Shown here in pieces: positions 1 to 9,464 of a DNA stretch of 64,000 bases. The position numbers and the translations under genes were made by a program. The notes under the pieces were generated by a model. The model was not told where the DNA came from. It made no database searches and was given only the letters and a program-made list of their open reading frames with translations. Origin of the DNA: Candidatus Sericytochromatia bacterium (lineage in GTDB: Bacteria > Cyanobacteriota > Sericytochromatia > S15B-MN24 > UBA4093). Position 1 is the first letter of the stretch; each line of letters starts with the position of its first letter. Where the stretch lies: assembly GCA_036676495.1 (NCBI GenBank), contig JAKFCT010000027.1:22680-86679 (forward strand). Direction: 5' to 3'.

Positions 1-2
1 AG

Positions 3-1487
3 AGCCTGACGACCGCCCCCAGCGAAGCAGGAGTTTCGGCATCTGCGGTAATGACTCCCTTCGCCGTCCCGCCCTCCGACGAGGCGATCGACACCCCCGG
101 AGCCATCCTCGATTACCCGCTGGGCATCAACGACACGCTGGCCATCAACATCTGGAGCAACTCCATGCGGTTCGGCCATACCGTCGTCGTCCCCCTCGAG
201 GGCCGCATCTACCTGCCCCAGATCGGCGAGATCGAAGTGGTGGGCCTGACCACTACTCAACTTAAGGATAAGATCAGCCGGACGATTGCCGGACGAGTCA
301 AGGACGCCAAGGTCTCCGTCCTCTTGGTCAAGACTCACACGATCAAGGTCTACGTGACCGGCCTCGTGAAAAGCCCCGGCGCCTACTCGATGAACGCCCT
401 GGGCCGCTTCGCCACGGCCCTCTCGCTGGCGGGAGGCCCGCTGCCCGAAGGCTCGCTGCGGCAGATCACCCTCAAGCAAGGCTCCAAGACCCGCACGCTC
501 GACTGGATGAAGTTCGTCCGGGACGGCGACGCGTCTCAGAACCCGCGCTTGCAGGCAGGTGACATCATCATGGTGCCACAGGCCAAGCACATCGCCCGGA
601 TCGAGGGCTCGGTCAACAAACCCGGAGCCTATGAATTCCAGCCCGGCGAGACCATCGAATCGCTGATCAGTTTCGCGCATGGCCTGAGAACCGGCGCAGC
701 TCCGGCACAAGCCAGTATCGCGAACTTTCCGACTGATGCCGTGACCCCACAAGCGGAGCACCCAATCGACCTCTCCAGCACCAAGGGCCTTCAGACCAAG
801 CTCGCTCATCGGGACCACATCACGCTACCGGCAAACACCCTAAGCTACGTCGAACTTCGCCGCACCCGGGTCAAGATCACTGGAGAGGTGGGCAATCCGA
901 ACGAATACACGCTGACGCTTGGAAATTCGCTCCGCGATCTCCTCGTGGCGGCCGGTGGCCCCAAGCCCACGGCGGGTCTACGCGAGGTCAAGATCTACCG
1001 TCGTTCAGGATCGGGGGAACTGCGAAACAGCGACGCGCAGGTGGTGGATGCCTACCGCTTGCTCTACGACAACGACGAGTCGCAGAACGTCGAATTGAAG
1101 GACGGAGATCTGGTCGCCGTCCCCGTGAACAAGAGCCCCACCGAGGACAGCGCGGTCTACGTCTACGGCCACGTTGGCAAGCCGGGTAAGATCGCCTACC
1201 GGACGGGCTACCATCTCTCCGACTACCTCAACTCGGCGGGCGGCCCTTTGCAGAAGGCCAACCTCAGAGGGGTGACCATCACGCGCGGAGCGTCCAACTC
1301 CAAGAAGAGCCAAACCCTCAAGGTGGACGCCTACCGGATCATGCATGAGGGGCGCCAGGACCTGGACCCCGTTTTGCAGGAAGGGGACGTCGTCCATGTC
1401 CCGGAGTCGTTCTTCTACATCGCGAATTTCCAGGACGTGGTGAACACCATCCTCGCGGCGGCAGCCGTCTGGGCGATCTTCAAGTAA
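3..1487 (+). CDS. wza: Polysaccharide export protein, Wza/KpsD-like with multiple SLBB domains (5' end probably outside the window)
   Basis: Poly_export motif (DYPLGINDTLAINIW, EGRIYLPQIGEIEVVGLT) followed by repeated SLBB units (VYVTGLVKSPGAY, IEGSVNKPGAY, VYVYGHVGKPG, LQEGDVVHVP). The frame is open from position 3, upstream of the ATG at 51. Confidence 0.85.
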   Translation, partial: SLTTAPSEAGVSASAVMTPFAVPPSDEAIDTPGAILDYPLGINDTLAINIWSNSMRFGHTVVVPLEGRIYLPQIGEIEVVGLTTTQLKDKISRTIAGRVKDAKVSVLLVKTHTIKVYVTGLVKSPGAYSMNALGRFATALSLAGGPLPEGSLRQITLKQGSKTRTLDWMKFVRDGDASQNPRLQAGDIIMVPQAKHIARIEGSVNKPGAYEFQPGETIESLISFAHGLRTGAAPAQASIANFPTDAVTPQAEHPIDLSSTKGLQTKLAHRDHITLPANTLSYVELRRTRVKITGEVGNPNEYTLTLGNSLRDLLVAAGGPKPTAGLREVKIYRRSGSGELRNSDAQVVDAYRLLYDNDESQNVELKDGDLVAVPVNKSPTEDSAVYVYGHVGKPGKIAYRTGYHLSDYLNSAGGPLQKANLRGVTITRGASNSKKSQTLKVDAYRIMHEGRQDLDPVLQEGDVVHVPESFFYIANFQDVVNTILAAAAVWAIFK

Positions 1488-1531
1488 GCGTTCTCTAGAC
1501 AGGAAGCAGGGCGGAAGGGTATACAGCCGGT

Positions 1532-2677
1532 ATGCCTTTCCGTCTTTTGCTACTTACCGCCTTCCTGGCCTTACAGCTCCCGCAGGCGGCCTTCGCCCAA
1601 GCGACTGAGACCTCGTTTCAAGCGACCTCCACGATCCTGCCTCGACTTGAGTCGTTGGGGTTCGAAAACCTGGCCCTTGAGGAGGATAGTGAGACCCTCA
1701 CGATCTGGTACGAGAACCGGCGCTGGTTACTTGAGATCGACGCCATGGGACGACTACTACGAGAAGCTACTCAAGGGCTAGGGGCGGATCAAATCGTAAA
1801 GGTGATCCCGCAGCGGGACCGTGTGCCACTGATGACCGTGAGCACTCGCACGGGTGATCTCCAGGACTTCCTTGAGAAACGAATGACTCCTGACGCGTTT
1901 CGAGCCGCGCTCGGCATCGGACCGCCTCCCGCGCATCGCCCAGGGCGGAATCTCAACTCCAGCCTGTACCGTATGGATCTGGACCTGACGCCGGGGTACT
2001 TCTTCTCGGTGGAGTTCAAGGGATGGGTCAACGGCACCCTGAGCATGCCCGTTGCCGAAGGCCTTGCGGCCACGGCCCGGGGACGCTACTACCTAGCTCC
2101 CTGGGGAGAAACCGCCGTGACGTTCGCCCAGCTCCAGGGCCATGGCTGGCTACGGCCAGGCCTGTTGGGCACCTGGGTCGCGGGGCGCTGGGATGCCAAC
2201 AACTACGGCGCACACGGGGAAATCGCCTCACTGCTCGACGAGGGGAACTGGATCTGGCGCCTCAGCGGAGGAGCAGGGACGGGGATGGCGCCGTTGGCGG
2301 CGAGCAGCATCGAGTGGCGGTTTCATCCGCTCGACGTCGTGCTCTCGGGAGGCGTGGGATTGTTCCAGGGAGGCGACCGGGCCATCTTCGCCCGCTTCAT
2401 TCGCTGGTTCCCCCGATCCACCGTCGAAGGCTCCATCTGGCGCAGTGATCTGGGCACCCAGCTCCGGATGGGCCTCTCAATTTACCTGGGGCCGAACCCC
2501 CTCCCGCAACCCGGCCCGTTACGGGTCTTTGCGCCAGGCTTGTTCATGACGGATTACCGCGCTTCTTCCCCTCCCTCGGCGATCATGCCCTTCCCGGAAG
2601 CGGATGTGGACCTCATCTGGCAACGGCTCTCCCCAAGTTATATTCGCGCGCATGTCGAGGACTGGCGTAGGCCCTAG
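1532..2677 (+). CDS. Outer-membrane protein resembling the central/C-terminal part of YjbH/GfcD
   Basis: Sec signal (AFA-Q); segment LESLGFENL...LTIWYENRRW...AMGRLLR...KVIPQRDRVPLM recalls the YjbH middle domain; amphipathic beta strands follow; sits in a capsule locus. Confidence 0.6.
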   Translation: MPFRLLLLTAFLALQLPQAAFAQATETSFQATSTILPRLESLGFENLALEEDSETLTIWYENRRWLLEIDAMGRLLREATQGLGADQIVKVIPQRDRVPLMTVSTRTGDLQDFLEKRMTPDAFRAALGIGPPPAHRPGRNLNSSLYRMDLDLTPGYFFSVEFKGWVNGTLSMPVAEGLAATARGRYYLAPWGETAVTFAQLQGHGWLRPGLLGTWVAGRWDANNYGAHGEIASLLDEGNWIWRLSGGAGTGMAPLAASSIEWRFHPLDVVLSGGVGLFQGGDRAIFARFIRWFPRSTVEGSIWRSDLGTQLRMGLSIYLGPNPLPQPGPLRVFAPGLFMTDYRASSPPSAIMPFPEADVDLIWQRLSPSYIRAHVEDWRRP

Positions 2678-3082
2678 GCGATGCCATTCTAGTTTCAGTC
2701 GGCCATGCTGCAAGAACTTCCACTTTGATGGACCAAACATCGTCGGGTGAGCGGCAATACTTCGTGACGACCCACCCGCTGCAATAGCCCGAGATAACGT
2801 TAACCTATTGGATCCATAAACTATTGCAGCGCATCGGCGACGATCCAGGTACAAGGACGCATAGACGTGGGCTTGCCTGTTGATCTACACTTAGACGTGG
2901 CGTGATCGCAGCAAACAAGGGAGCGAGATGTTTCAGGACACGCTTCTGAAACCAAGAGCGAGTAGGCAAGCATCACATCACGATTGAGACCCCGCTCACA
3001 CGTCACGCTGGATGAATCCTCCACAATATCAAAACCTCGATAGGCTGAATGGCGGAGGCAACAAACGAGTTTAAGCGCTAGA

Positions 3083-3829
3083 ATGTTACGTACAAAGCCT
3101 AAAGCAATCTCTCAACAGATTGATCCAAAACGGAGAAGGCGATTGTCTACGGAATCAATTCATCTTGGCTCACCCAAGCTTGGGCGTCCGCATGCCATTC
3201 ACTCGCCACACTCCTCCCTCCGAGGGATCCGTGGCAGTGCCAAACGAGCCTTAGATGTCATCGGCGCGGGACTCGGCTTGCTCCTCCTCGGCCCGCTGCT
3301 CCTCATGATTGCCCTCTTGGTGAAACTTGACTCACCAGGGCCGGTTCTCTTCAAGCAGAAACGGGTCGGACTCAATGGCTGCGAGTTCTGGATGTACAAG
3401 TTCCGCTCAATGGTCATTGACGCTGAGGCACAGCTTGAAGATCTCAAGGCCAAGAATGAGGTCGAGGGTGGAGTGACCTTCAAGATTGCCCAAGATCCAC
3501 GTATAACGCGCCTAGGTCGAATCCTCCGCAAAACGAGCCTGGATGAGTTCCCGCAACTTTTCAACGTTCTACGCGGAGAGATGAGCCTTGTAGGACCTCG
3601 ACCGCCCCTCCCGAAGGAAGTCGTCTTGTACACTGCTGAGCAAAAGCGACGCTTGACCGTGATTCCCGGCTGCACGGGACTGTGGCAAATTAGCGGACGA
3701 AGCAAGACGACGTTCAAACGGATGATTGAACTTGATCTCGAGTACATTGAAAAGTGGTCGCTACGTCGAGATATTCTGATCATGTTCAAGACCATTCGTG
3801 TGGTCTTGAAGATGGAGGGATCGTACTAG
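3083..3829 (+). CDS. Priming sugar-phosphate transferase (WcaJ/WbaP C-terminal, Bac_transf family); start uncertain
   Basis: KRALDV, DSPGPVLFKQKRVG, KFRSM, DPRITRLGRILRKTSLDEFPQLFNVLRGEMSLVGPRP, PGCTGLWQISGRS. Confidence 0.93.
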   Translation: MLRTKPKAISQQIDPKRRRRLSTESIHLGSPKLGRPHAIHSPHSSLRGIRGSAKRALDVIGAGLGLLLLGPLLLMIALLVKLDSPGPVLFKQKRVGLNGCEFWMYKFRSMVIDAEAQLEDLKAKNEVEGGVTFKIAQDPRITRLGRILRKTSLDEFPQLFNVLRGEMSLVGPRPPLPKEVVLYTAEQKRRLTVIPGCTGLWQISGRSKTTFKRMIELDLEYIEKWSLRRDILIMFKTIRVVLKMEGSY

Positions 3830-3916
3830 CGATGACACCTATGCATGTTTAGCAGGCGTAGGTTCGCGGTAAATACGTTCAGTCCCCATGTTATCCACGA
3901 AAGGAAGCACCTCCTC

Positions 3917-4042
3917 ATGAAGAAAATCCTTCTTGCCGCCGCTGCTTGCTCGCTGCTCGCCCTCGGTCTCACTGGCTGCCCCAACAATCCTGGCACTTCC
4001 GCCAGCACCGGCAACAACGGCACCAACGCCGGCAGCAACTAA
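3917..4042 (+). CDS. 41-aa small lipoprotein
   Basis: AAGGAAG upstream; MKKILLAAAACSLLALGLTG-C lipobox; mature part PNNPGTSASTGNNGTNAGSN; GC-biased codons. Confidence 0.75.
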   Translation: MKKILLAAAACSLLALGLTGCPNNPGTSASTGNNGTNAGSN

Positions 4043-4054
4043 GGCCCTCTCCCA

Positions 4055-4777
4055 ATGAAACGGCGCTCCGCGGGGGTCATGAGCCTCTGCGGAGCGCTTT
4101 CCCTTTTCGCCCCTGAAACCTGCCATGCGAAACTGGCACACCCTGGATACAGCGGGCTCATCTCCACCCCGAATGCCGAGGTTCTTCCGCAGGGCCACTT
4201 GGCTATAGGATTTAGCTGGGTTGACGGGCCGGAGACCTTCCTTTTCGCCCCCCGAACCAATCGCCTCTATGTGTTCACCATTGGCATCTTGCCAGGACTA
4301 GAGGCCACCTTGCGGCAGACCCAGGTTATCGGCTGGCATGACCCCGAGGCCCCTGGCGTCCAGCATGCCTTTGATCGAATGTTCAGCGCCAAGTACGCGA
4401 TCCCCATGCCAGGAGGCTTTCCACATGTAGCCATCGGCGTGCAAGACATTGCCTCAGGCAACATCCTAGCCGGAACTCCGGGGGTAAAGCCGGGTTCCAC
4501 CCAGTACGGCCAGTCCACTGCCTATGGAGTCCTCGGGGGAAGTCATGGCCGCTGGAGTTGGCATAGTGGGATTGGTATCAGCCAGGCATTTATCAACGGC
4601 CCCTTTGCGGGCATAGTTTATCAGCCCCTTGAATCACTGAGCCTTCACGGGGAATGGGACAGTCGAAGCCTAAACTGGGGAGCGAGAGCCATGCTCCCGT
4701 TCGGTCTATGGCTTCACTTTTCCGTCATCAAGCAAACCACACTGGCACTAGGAACCGGACTCGAATTGGCCTTGTGA
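4055..4777 (+). CDS. YjbH/GfcD N-terminal domain protein
   Basis: GYSGLISTPNAEVLPQG, LPGLEATLR, DRMFSAKY, PHVAIGVQDI, GPFAGI and HGEWD match the recalled YjbH N-terminal pattern; signal peptide present. Confidence 0.75.
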   Translation: MKRRSAGVMSLCGALSLFAPETCHAKLAHPGYSGLISTPNAEVLPQGHLAIGFSWVDGPETFLFAPRTNRLYVFTIGILPGLEATLRQTQVIGWHDPEAPGVQHAFDRMFSAKYAIPMPGGFPHVAIGVQDIASGNILAGTPGVKPGSTQYGQSTAYGVLGGSHGRWSWHSGIGISQAFINGPFAGIVYQPLESLSLHGEWDSRSLNWGARAMLPFGLWLHFSVIKQTTLALGTGLELAL

Positions 4778-4938
4778 TCGTGTAGTCAGACCTTCACAAT
4801 GGCGCCCTACGCGTGTCTGGCCGTGATGAGACCCCTTGGCCCTGAATACATAGGCCAGCAAGTGAATGACTCAAATCCTTGCAGCTGTCACGACGACAAA
4901 GACGAGGCTTGCCGGTTGCTGCTCGACGCAGCACAAGG

Positions 4939-4947
4939 TGGTAAACT
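4939..4947 (+). promoter_or_regulatory. Putative extended -10 (TGGTAAACT) upstream of the nonulosonate operon
   Basis: TGnTAnnnT in the intergenic gap before legB. Confidence 0.35.
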
Positions 4948-5055
4948 GGTTTCAGCGAGTTTCGCCCTTACTTGGCATATACGAGTGGAAATGAAACCCG
5001 AAGAGCGCCTGGCCATCGACCAGCACTTTTCCCTGCCAACTGGAATGGAAGCAAC

Positions 5056-6057
5056 ATGCAAAAGAAGATCCTAGTTACAGGTGCGGATGGCTTTATCGGG
5101 TCACACCTTACCGAAGAACTCATCCGTCGCGGAAACGACGTCCGCGCCTTTGTTCTCTACAACTCGTTCGGATCTTGGGGATGGCTGGATCAAGCGCCCG
5201 CGGAAATCCAGAAAGAGCTTGACGTCTTCGCGGGAGATATTCGGGACCCTCATGGCGTTCAAAAGGCGATGGAAGGTTGCGACGTGGTCCTTCACCTAGC
5301 CGCGCTCATCGCGATTCCGTACTCTTACCATTCGCCCGATACCTACGTCGACACCAACGTCAAGGGAACCCTGAACGTCTTGCAGGCAGCACGCGACCTT
5401 GGCGTCTCGAAGGTGGTCCACACCTCCACGAGCGAGGTCTACGGCACCGCTCGGTTCGTTCCAATCACCGAGGAGCACCCGCTCCAGGGACAATCCCCCT
5501 ACTCGGCGACCAAGATTGGAGCAGATCAACTCGCGCTCTCGTTCCATAGCTCCTTCAACACCCCCGTGGCTGTGATCCGCCCATTCAACACCTACGGGCC
5601 GCGCCAATCCGCCCGCGCCGTCATCCCGACCGTGATCACACAGATGGCCAACGGAACGGACCGACTCAAACTCGGCTCCCTGCACCCCACGCGGGACTTC
5701 AACTACGTCAAGGACACCGTGGCCGGCTTCATCGCCGTCGCCGAGTCGCCGCGCTCGGTCGGCGAGGTCATCAACATCGGTTCCAACTACGAGATCTCAG
5801 TCGGAGAGACGGTCCAGCTCATCGCCGGCCTCATGGGGAAGTCCATCGAAATCCAGACGGACGACGCGCGCCTCCGCCCGGAGAAGAGCGAAGTCGAACG
5901 CCTCTGGGCGGACAACGCGAAGGCCAAGCAACTGCTCGGCTGGGAGCCGCAGTACGGAGGCAAAGAGGGCTTCAAGCGGGGGCTCTCCGAAACGATCGCT
6001 TGGTTCACGGACCCCGCCAACCTCAAGAGCTACAAGAGCCACCTCTACAACCTATGA
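5056..6057 (+). CDS. legB: NAD-dependent NDP-GlcNAc 4,6-dehydratase (LegB)
   Basis: TGADGFIGSHL, LAALIAIPYSYHSPDTYVDTN, TSTSEVYG, YSATK, RPFNTYGPRQSARAVIP, RLRPEKSEVERL. Confidence 0.92.
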   Translation: MQKKILVTGADGFIGSHLTEELIRRGNDVRAFVLYNSFGSWGWLDQAPAEIQKELDVFAGDIRDPHGVQKAMEGCDVVLHLAALIAIPYSYHSPDTYVDTNVKGTLNVLQAARDLGVSKVVHTSTSEVYGTARFVPITEEHPLQGQSPYSATKIGADQLALSFHSSFNTPVAVIRPFNTYGPRQSARAVIPTVITQMANGTDRLKLGSLHPTRDFNYVKDTVAGFIAVAESPRSVGEVINIGSNYEISVGETVQLIAGLMGKSIEIQTDDARLRPEKSEVERLWADNAKAKQLLGWEPQYGGKEGFKRGLSETIAWFTDPANLKSYKSHLYNL

Positions 6058-7241
6058 CAAACCTCTCGCTCGCCCAGACGGTCCTGAATACGCTACACGA
6101 GGTCCTGTCGAAGGATGAAGGGTTCATCGGACTGCATGAGCCCCAGTTCTCAGGCAATGAATGGACCTACGTCAAGGAATGCCTGGATACCGGCTGGGTC
6201 TCCTCGGTCGGCAAGTACGTCGATCGATTTGAGGCAGATCTGGCCGCCTACACGGGCGTCAAGCATGCAGTTGCCGTTGTAAACGGCACAGCTGCATTGC
6301 ATGTTTGCCTCTTGCTGTCTGGAGTTGCTCCCAACGATGAGGTTTTGATCCCCTCTTTGACCTTCGTCGCGACGGCAAATGCCGTAGCCTATTGCGGGGC
6401 CATCCCGCATTTCGTCGATGTCTCGACGGCGAGTCTCGGAATCGACCCGCAACGCCTGGATGCCTACCTTGAGGCGATCGGGGAACCGCGGCCGGACGGC
6501 TTCTTCAATCGACAGACCGGGCGCCGAATCAAGGCAGTTATCCCCATGCACACCTTTGGGCACCCCGTGGATCTCGATCCTCTGGCCCAGGTCTGCGCCC
6601 GGTTCGGCCTCACCCTGATCGAGGATGCGGCGGAAGCGCTGGGCTCGCTCTACAAAGGACACCATGCTGGTCACTGGGGAAGCGTCTCGGCCCTGAGCTT
6701 CAACGGGAACAAGATTCTCACGACGGGTGGGGGCGGTGCAATCCTGACCAACGATGCAGAAATCGCACGCCAGGCGAAACACCTCACTACCACGGCCAAG
6801 TTGCCTCACCGATGGGCCTTCCAGCATGACCGGATCGCCTATAACTACCGGCTTCCAAACCTCAACGCGGCCTTGGGCTGCGCCCAGCTCGAGCAACTCG
6901 ACCGTTTCATCCAGGATAAGCGGCAGCTATCCGAGAAGTACCGGGCCGCTTTCGCGGCGGTGGACGGGGTGACCTTCTTCACGGAACCTGACTATGCCCG
7001 CAGCAACTACTGGCTGAACGCTCTCCTCTTCGATGAGCCGGTCTCCCACCAGCGGGACGAATTCCTGGAGCTTTCAAACCAGCACGGCGTCATGACGCGG
7101 CCCGTCTGGTCCCTGATGCATACATTGCCCATGTACACATCGTGTCCGCGCATGGACCTGTCGGTATCGGAATCCGTCGAGAAACGGCTTGTCAACATTC
7201 CGAGCAGCGCCAAGCTGGGGCAGCAGCACGACCATGCGTAA
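6054..7241 (+). CDS. legC: LegC-family PLP aminotransferase (DegT/DnrJ)
   Basis: LHEP, GWVSSVG, NGTAALH, IEDAAEALGS, SFNGNKILTTGGGG, NYRLPNLNAALG; ATGA overlap with legB. Confidence 0.92.
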   Translation: MTNLSLAQTVLNTLHEVLSKDEGFIGLHEPQFSGNEWTYVKECLDTGWVSSVGKYVDRFEADLAAYTGVKHAVAVVNGTAALHVCLLLSGVAPNDEVLIPSLTFVATANAVAYCGAIPHFVDVSTASLGIDPQRLDAYLEAIGEPRPDGFFNRQTGRRIKAVIPMHTFGHPVDLDPLAQVCARFGLTLIEDAAEALGSLYKGHHAGHWGSVSALSFNGNKILTTGGGGAILTNDAEIARQAKHLTTTAKLPHRWAFQHDRIAYNYRLPNLNAALGCAQLEQLDRFIQDKRQLSEKYRAAFAAVDGVTFFTEPDYARSNYWLNALLFDEPVSHQRDEFLELSNQHGVMTRPVWSLMHTLPMYTSCPRMDLSVSESVEKRLVNIPSSAKLGQQHDHA

Positions 7242-8388
7242 GATCGCGGTAATCACAGGAACCCGGGCAGAGTATGGCCTGCTCTACTGGCTCATTAAAG
7301 CCATCGACGCCGATCCCGACCTCGAACTCCAGGTCGTAGCGACGGGCATGCACCTCGCCCCCGAATTCGGCTCAACCTACCGTTCAATTGAGCAAGATGG
7401 TTTCACCCTTTCCGCCAAGGTCGAGATGCTGCTCTCCAGCGATTCCCCGGTCGGCATCGCGAAGTCGATCGGGCTGGCGACGATCGGCTTTGCCGACACC
7501 TTCGAGCGCTTGCAGCCCGACATGATTGTCGTCCTAGGAGATCGCTTCGAGATCCTCGCCGCCGCGCAGGCGGCCCTGGTCGCACGTATCCCCATCGCAC
7601 ATATCGCAGGGGGGGATGTAACCGAGGGTGCGTTCGACGAGGCGATTCGGCACAGCATCACCAAGATGTCCCACCTTCACTTCGTCACCAATGCGGATGC
7701 CCATGCCCGCGTCCGACAACTCGGCGAAGATCCCTCCCTCATCTTCAACGTGGGTAGCCCCGGCCTCGACCAGGTCCGGAGGCTCGCGCTGTTAAGCCGC
7801 AAGGAACTGGAGGAATCGCTCGGCTTCTCACTCCGAGCCAAGAACCTCCTCGTGACCTTTCATCCCGCCACCCTCGATCTGATCGACCCCAGCGAGCAGT
7901 TCCAGGCCGTGCTCGACGCCCTCGATGCCCTGGGACCGGAGGTCGGCCTAATCCTGACCAAGCCGAATGCGGACAACGGCGGACGGGCCTTGATTCAGAT
8001 GATCGACGCGTTTGTCGAGAGCCGCCCCCACGCCAAGGCATACACCTCCCTGGGCCAGCTGCGTTACTTGAGCGCGATCGCCCACATGGACGCCGTCGTC
8101 GGGAACTCCTCGAGCGGGCTCTACGAGGTTCCTTCTTTCAAGAAGCCCACGATCAATATCGGGGATCGCCAAAAAGGCCGCCTCCAGGCCAACTCGGTCA
8201 TCAACTGCCCCCCCTCCTCCGCCGAGATTCATGAGGCTATCTTGAAGGCCTTCAAACTGGATTGCTCGAACGTGATCAACCCTTATGGCGACGGTCGAAG
8301 CTCCGAGCGCATTCTGGCGCACATCAAGCAGGTGGAAGACCCCAAGCAGCTGCTCAAAAAGCATTTCCACCCATGGGAGGTTTCATGA
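7234..8388 (+). CDS. neuC: Hydrolysing NDP-sugar 2-epimerase (NeuC/LegG)
   Basis: TGTRAEYGLL, TGMHL, LGDRFE, DEAIRHSITKMSHLHF, VGNSSSG, NIGDRQKGR, NPYGDG. Confidence 0.93.
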   Translation: MRKIAVITGTRAEYGLLYWLIKAIDADPDLELQVVATGMHLAPEFGSTYRSIEQDGFTLSAKVEMLLSSDSPVGIAKSIGLATIGFADTFERLQPDMIVVLGDRFEILAAAQAALVARIPIAHIAGGDVTEGAFDEAIRHSITKMSHLHFVTNADAHARVRQLGEDPSLIFNVGSPGLDQVRRLALLSRKELEESLGFSLRAKNLLVTFHPATLDLIDPSEQFQAVLDALDALGPEVGLILTKPNADNGGRALIQMIDAFVESRPHAKAYTSLGQLRYLSAIAHMDAVVGNSSSGLYEVPSFKKPTINIGDRQKGRLQANSVINCPPSSAEIHEAILKAFKLDCSNVINPYGDGRSSERILAHIKQVEDPKQLLKKHFHPWEVS

Positions 8389-9464
8389 CAGCATCCGTCT
8401 ACGTCATAGCCGAGGCGGGAGTCAATCACAACGGCTCCCTGGACATGGCCAAGGAACTTGTCGACGTGGCAGCCTCAGCCGGAGCCGATGCCGTAAAGTT
8501 CCAGACTTTCAGGGCCGAGAAGCTGGTGACCAAGTCAGCCTCCAAGGCTGAGTACCAAACGCGAACCACCCAGCGGGATGAATCCCAGTTCGAAATGCTC
8601 AAACGCTTGGAACTCAGCGACTCTGCTCACTTCGAATTGATCCAGCACTGTCTTTCACGTGGGATCCAGTTCCTGTCCACACCTTTCGATGAGGAAAGCG
8701 TCGACCTGCTCGCACTGCACTTCGACCTGCCCCGATTGAAGCTCAGCTCCGGGGACCTCACGAATGCGCCCCTGCTCCTCAAGTGTGCAACTACGGGAAA
8801 ACCGCTCATTCTGTCCACGGGCATGAGCTCCCTGGCCGAGGTTGAGACCGCACTGGGAGTACTCGCCTTCGGCTATCTTGACCTCGACCTCGCGCCGGGG
8901 CAAGCAGCCTTCAGAACTGCGTTCGCCTCTCCGGAGGGGCAGAGGGTCCTGCAGAGAAACGTCACACTCCTGCATTGTACGACGGAGTATCCGGCCCCGA
9001 TCTCGGAGGTGAACCTCCGGGTCATGGATACGCTTCGGGCTGCCTTCGGACTACCCGTCGGATATTCGGATCACACGGAAGGCATCACCATCCCCGTGGC
9101 CGCGACCGCACGAGGTGCCTCAATCATCGAGAAGCACTTCACCCTGGATCGATCTTTGCCAGGCCCCGATCACAAGGCCTCGCTCGAGCCGGATGAGCTC
9201 CGGCAAATGCTCCAGGCCATCCGACAGGTGGAAGCAGCGCTGGGGCATGGGCTCAAGGTTCCAACCCCGGCCGAGGCAAGGAATGCCGAGGTCGCGCGCA
9301 AGAGCCTCGTGGCCGCTCACGAGATCCGGCAGGGAGAGATCTTTACTCCCGAGAACCTGGTGGTGAAGCGGCCGGGAACAGGAGTTTCGCCGATGGCGTA
9401 CTGGGAAATGCTGGGCCGCATCGCCAATCGCGACTACGCGCCGGACAGCGTGGTGACGCCGTGA
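8385..9464 (+). CDS. neuB: Nonulosonic acid synthase (NeuB/LegI)
   Basis: IAEAGVNHNG, DAVKFQTF, FLSTPFD, LSTGM, LHCTTEYP, GYSDHT, IEKHFTLDR, GPDHKASLEP, C-terminal SAF domain. Confidence 0.95.
   Translation: MTASVYVIAEAGVNHNGSLDMAKELVDVAASAGADAVKFQTFRAEKLVTKSASKAEYQTRTTQRDESQFEMLKRLELSDSAHFELIQHCLSRGIQFLSTPFDEESVDLLALHFDLPRLKLSSGDLTNAPLLLKCATTGKPLILSTGMSSLAEVETALGVLAFGYLDLDLAPGQAAFRTAFASPEGQRVLQRNVTLLHCTTEYPAPISEVNLRVMDTLRAAFGLPVGYSDHTEGITIPVAATARGASIIEKHFTLDRSLPGPDHKASLEPDELRQMLQAIRQVEAALGHGLKVPTPAEARNAEVARKSLVAAHEIRQGEIFTPENLVVKRPGTGVSPMAYWEMLGRIANRDYAPDSVVTP

Noticed and set aside
4799-5074. 91-aa ORF between the YjbH-N gene and legB
   Set aside because: No SD, atypical composition, overlaps the legB start and a likely promoter.
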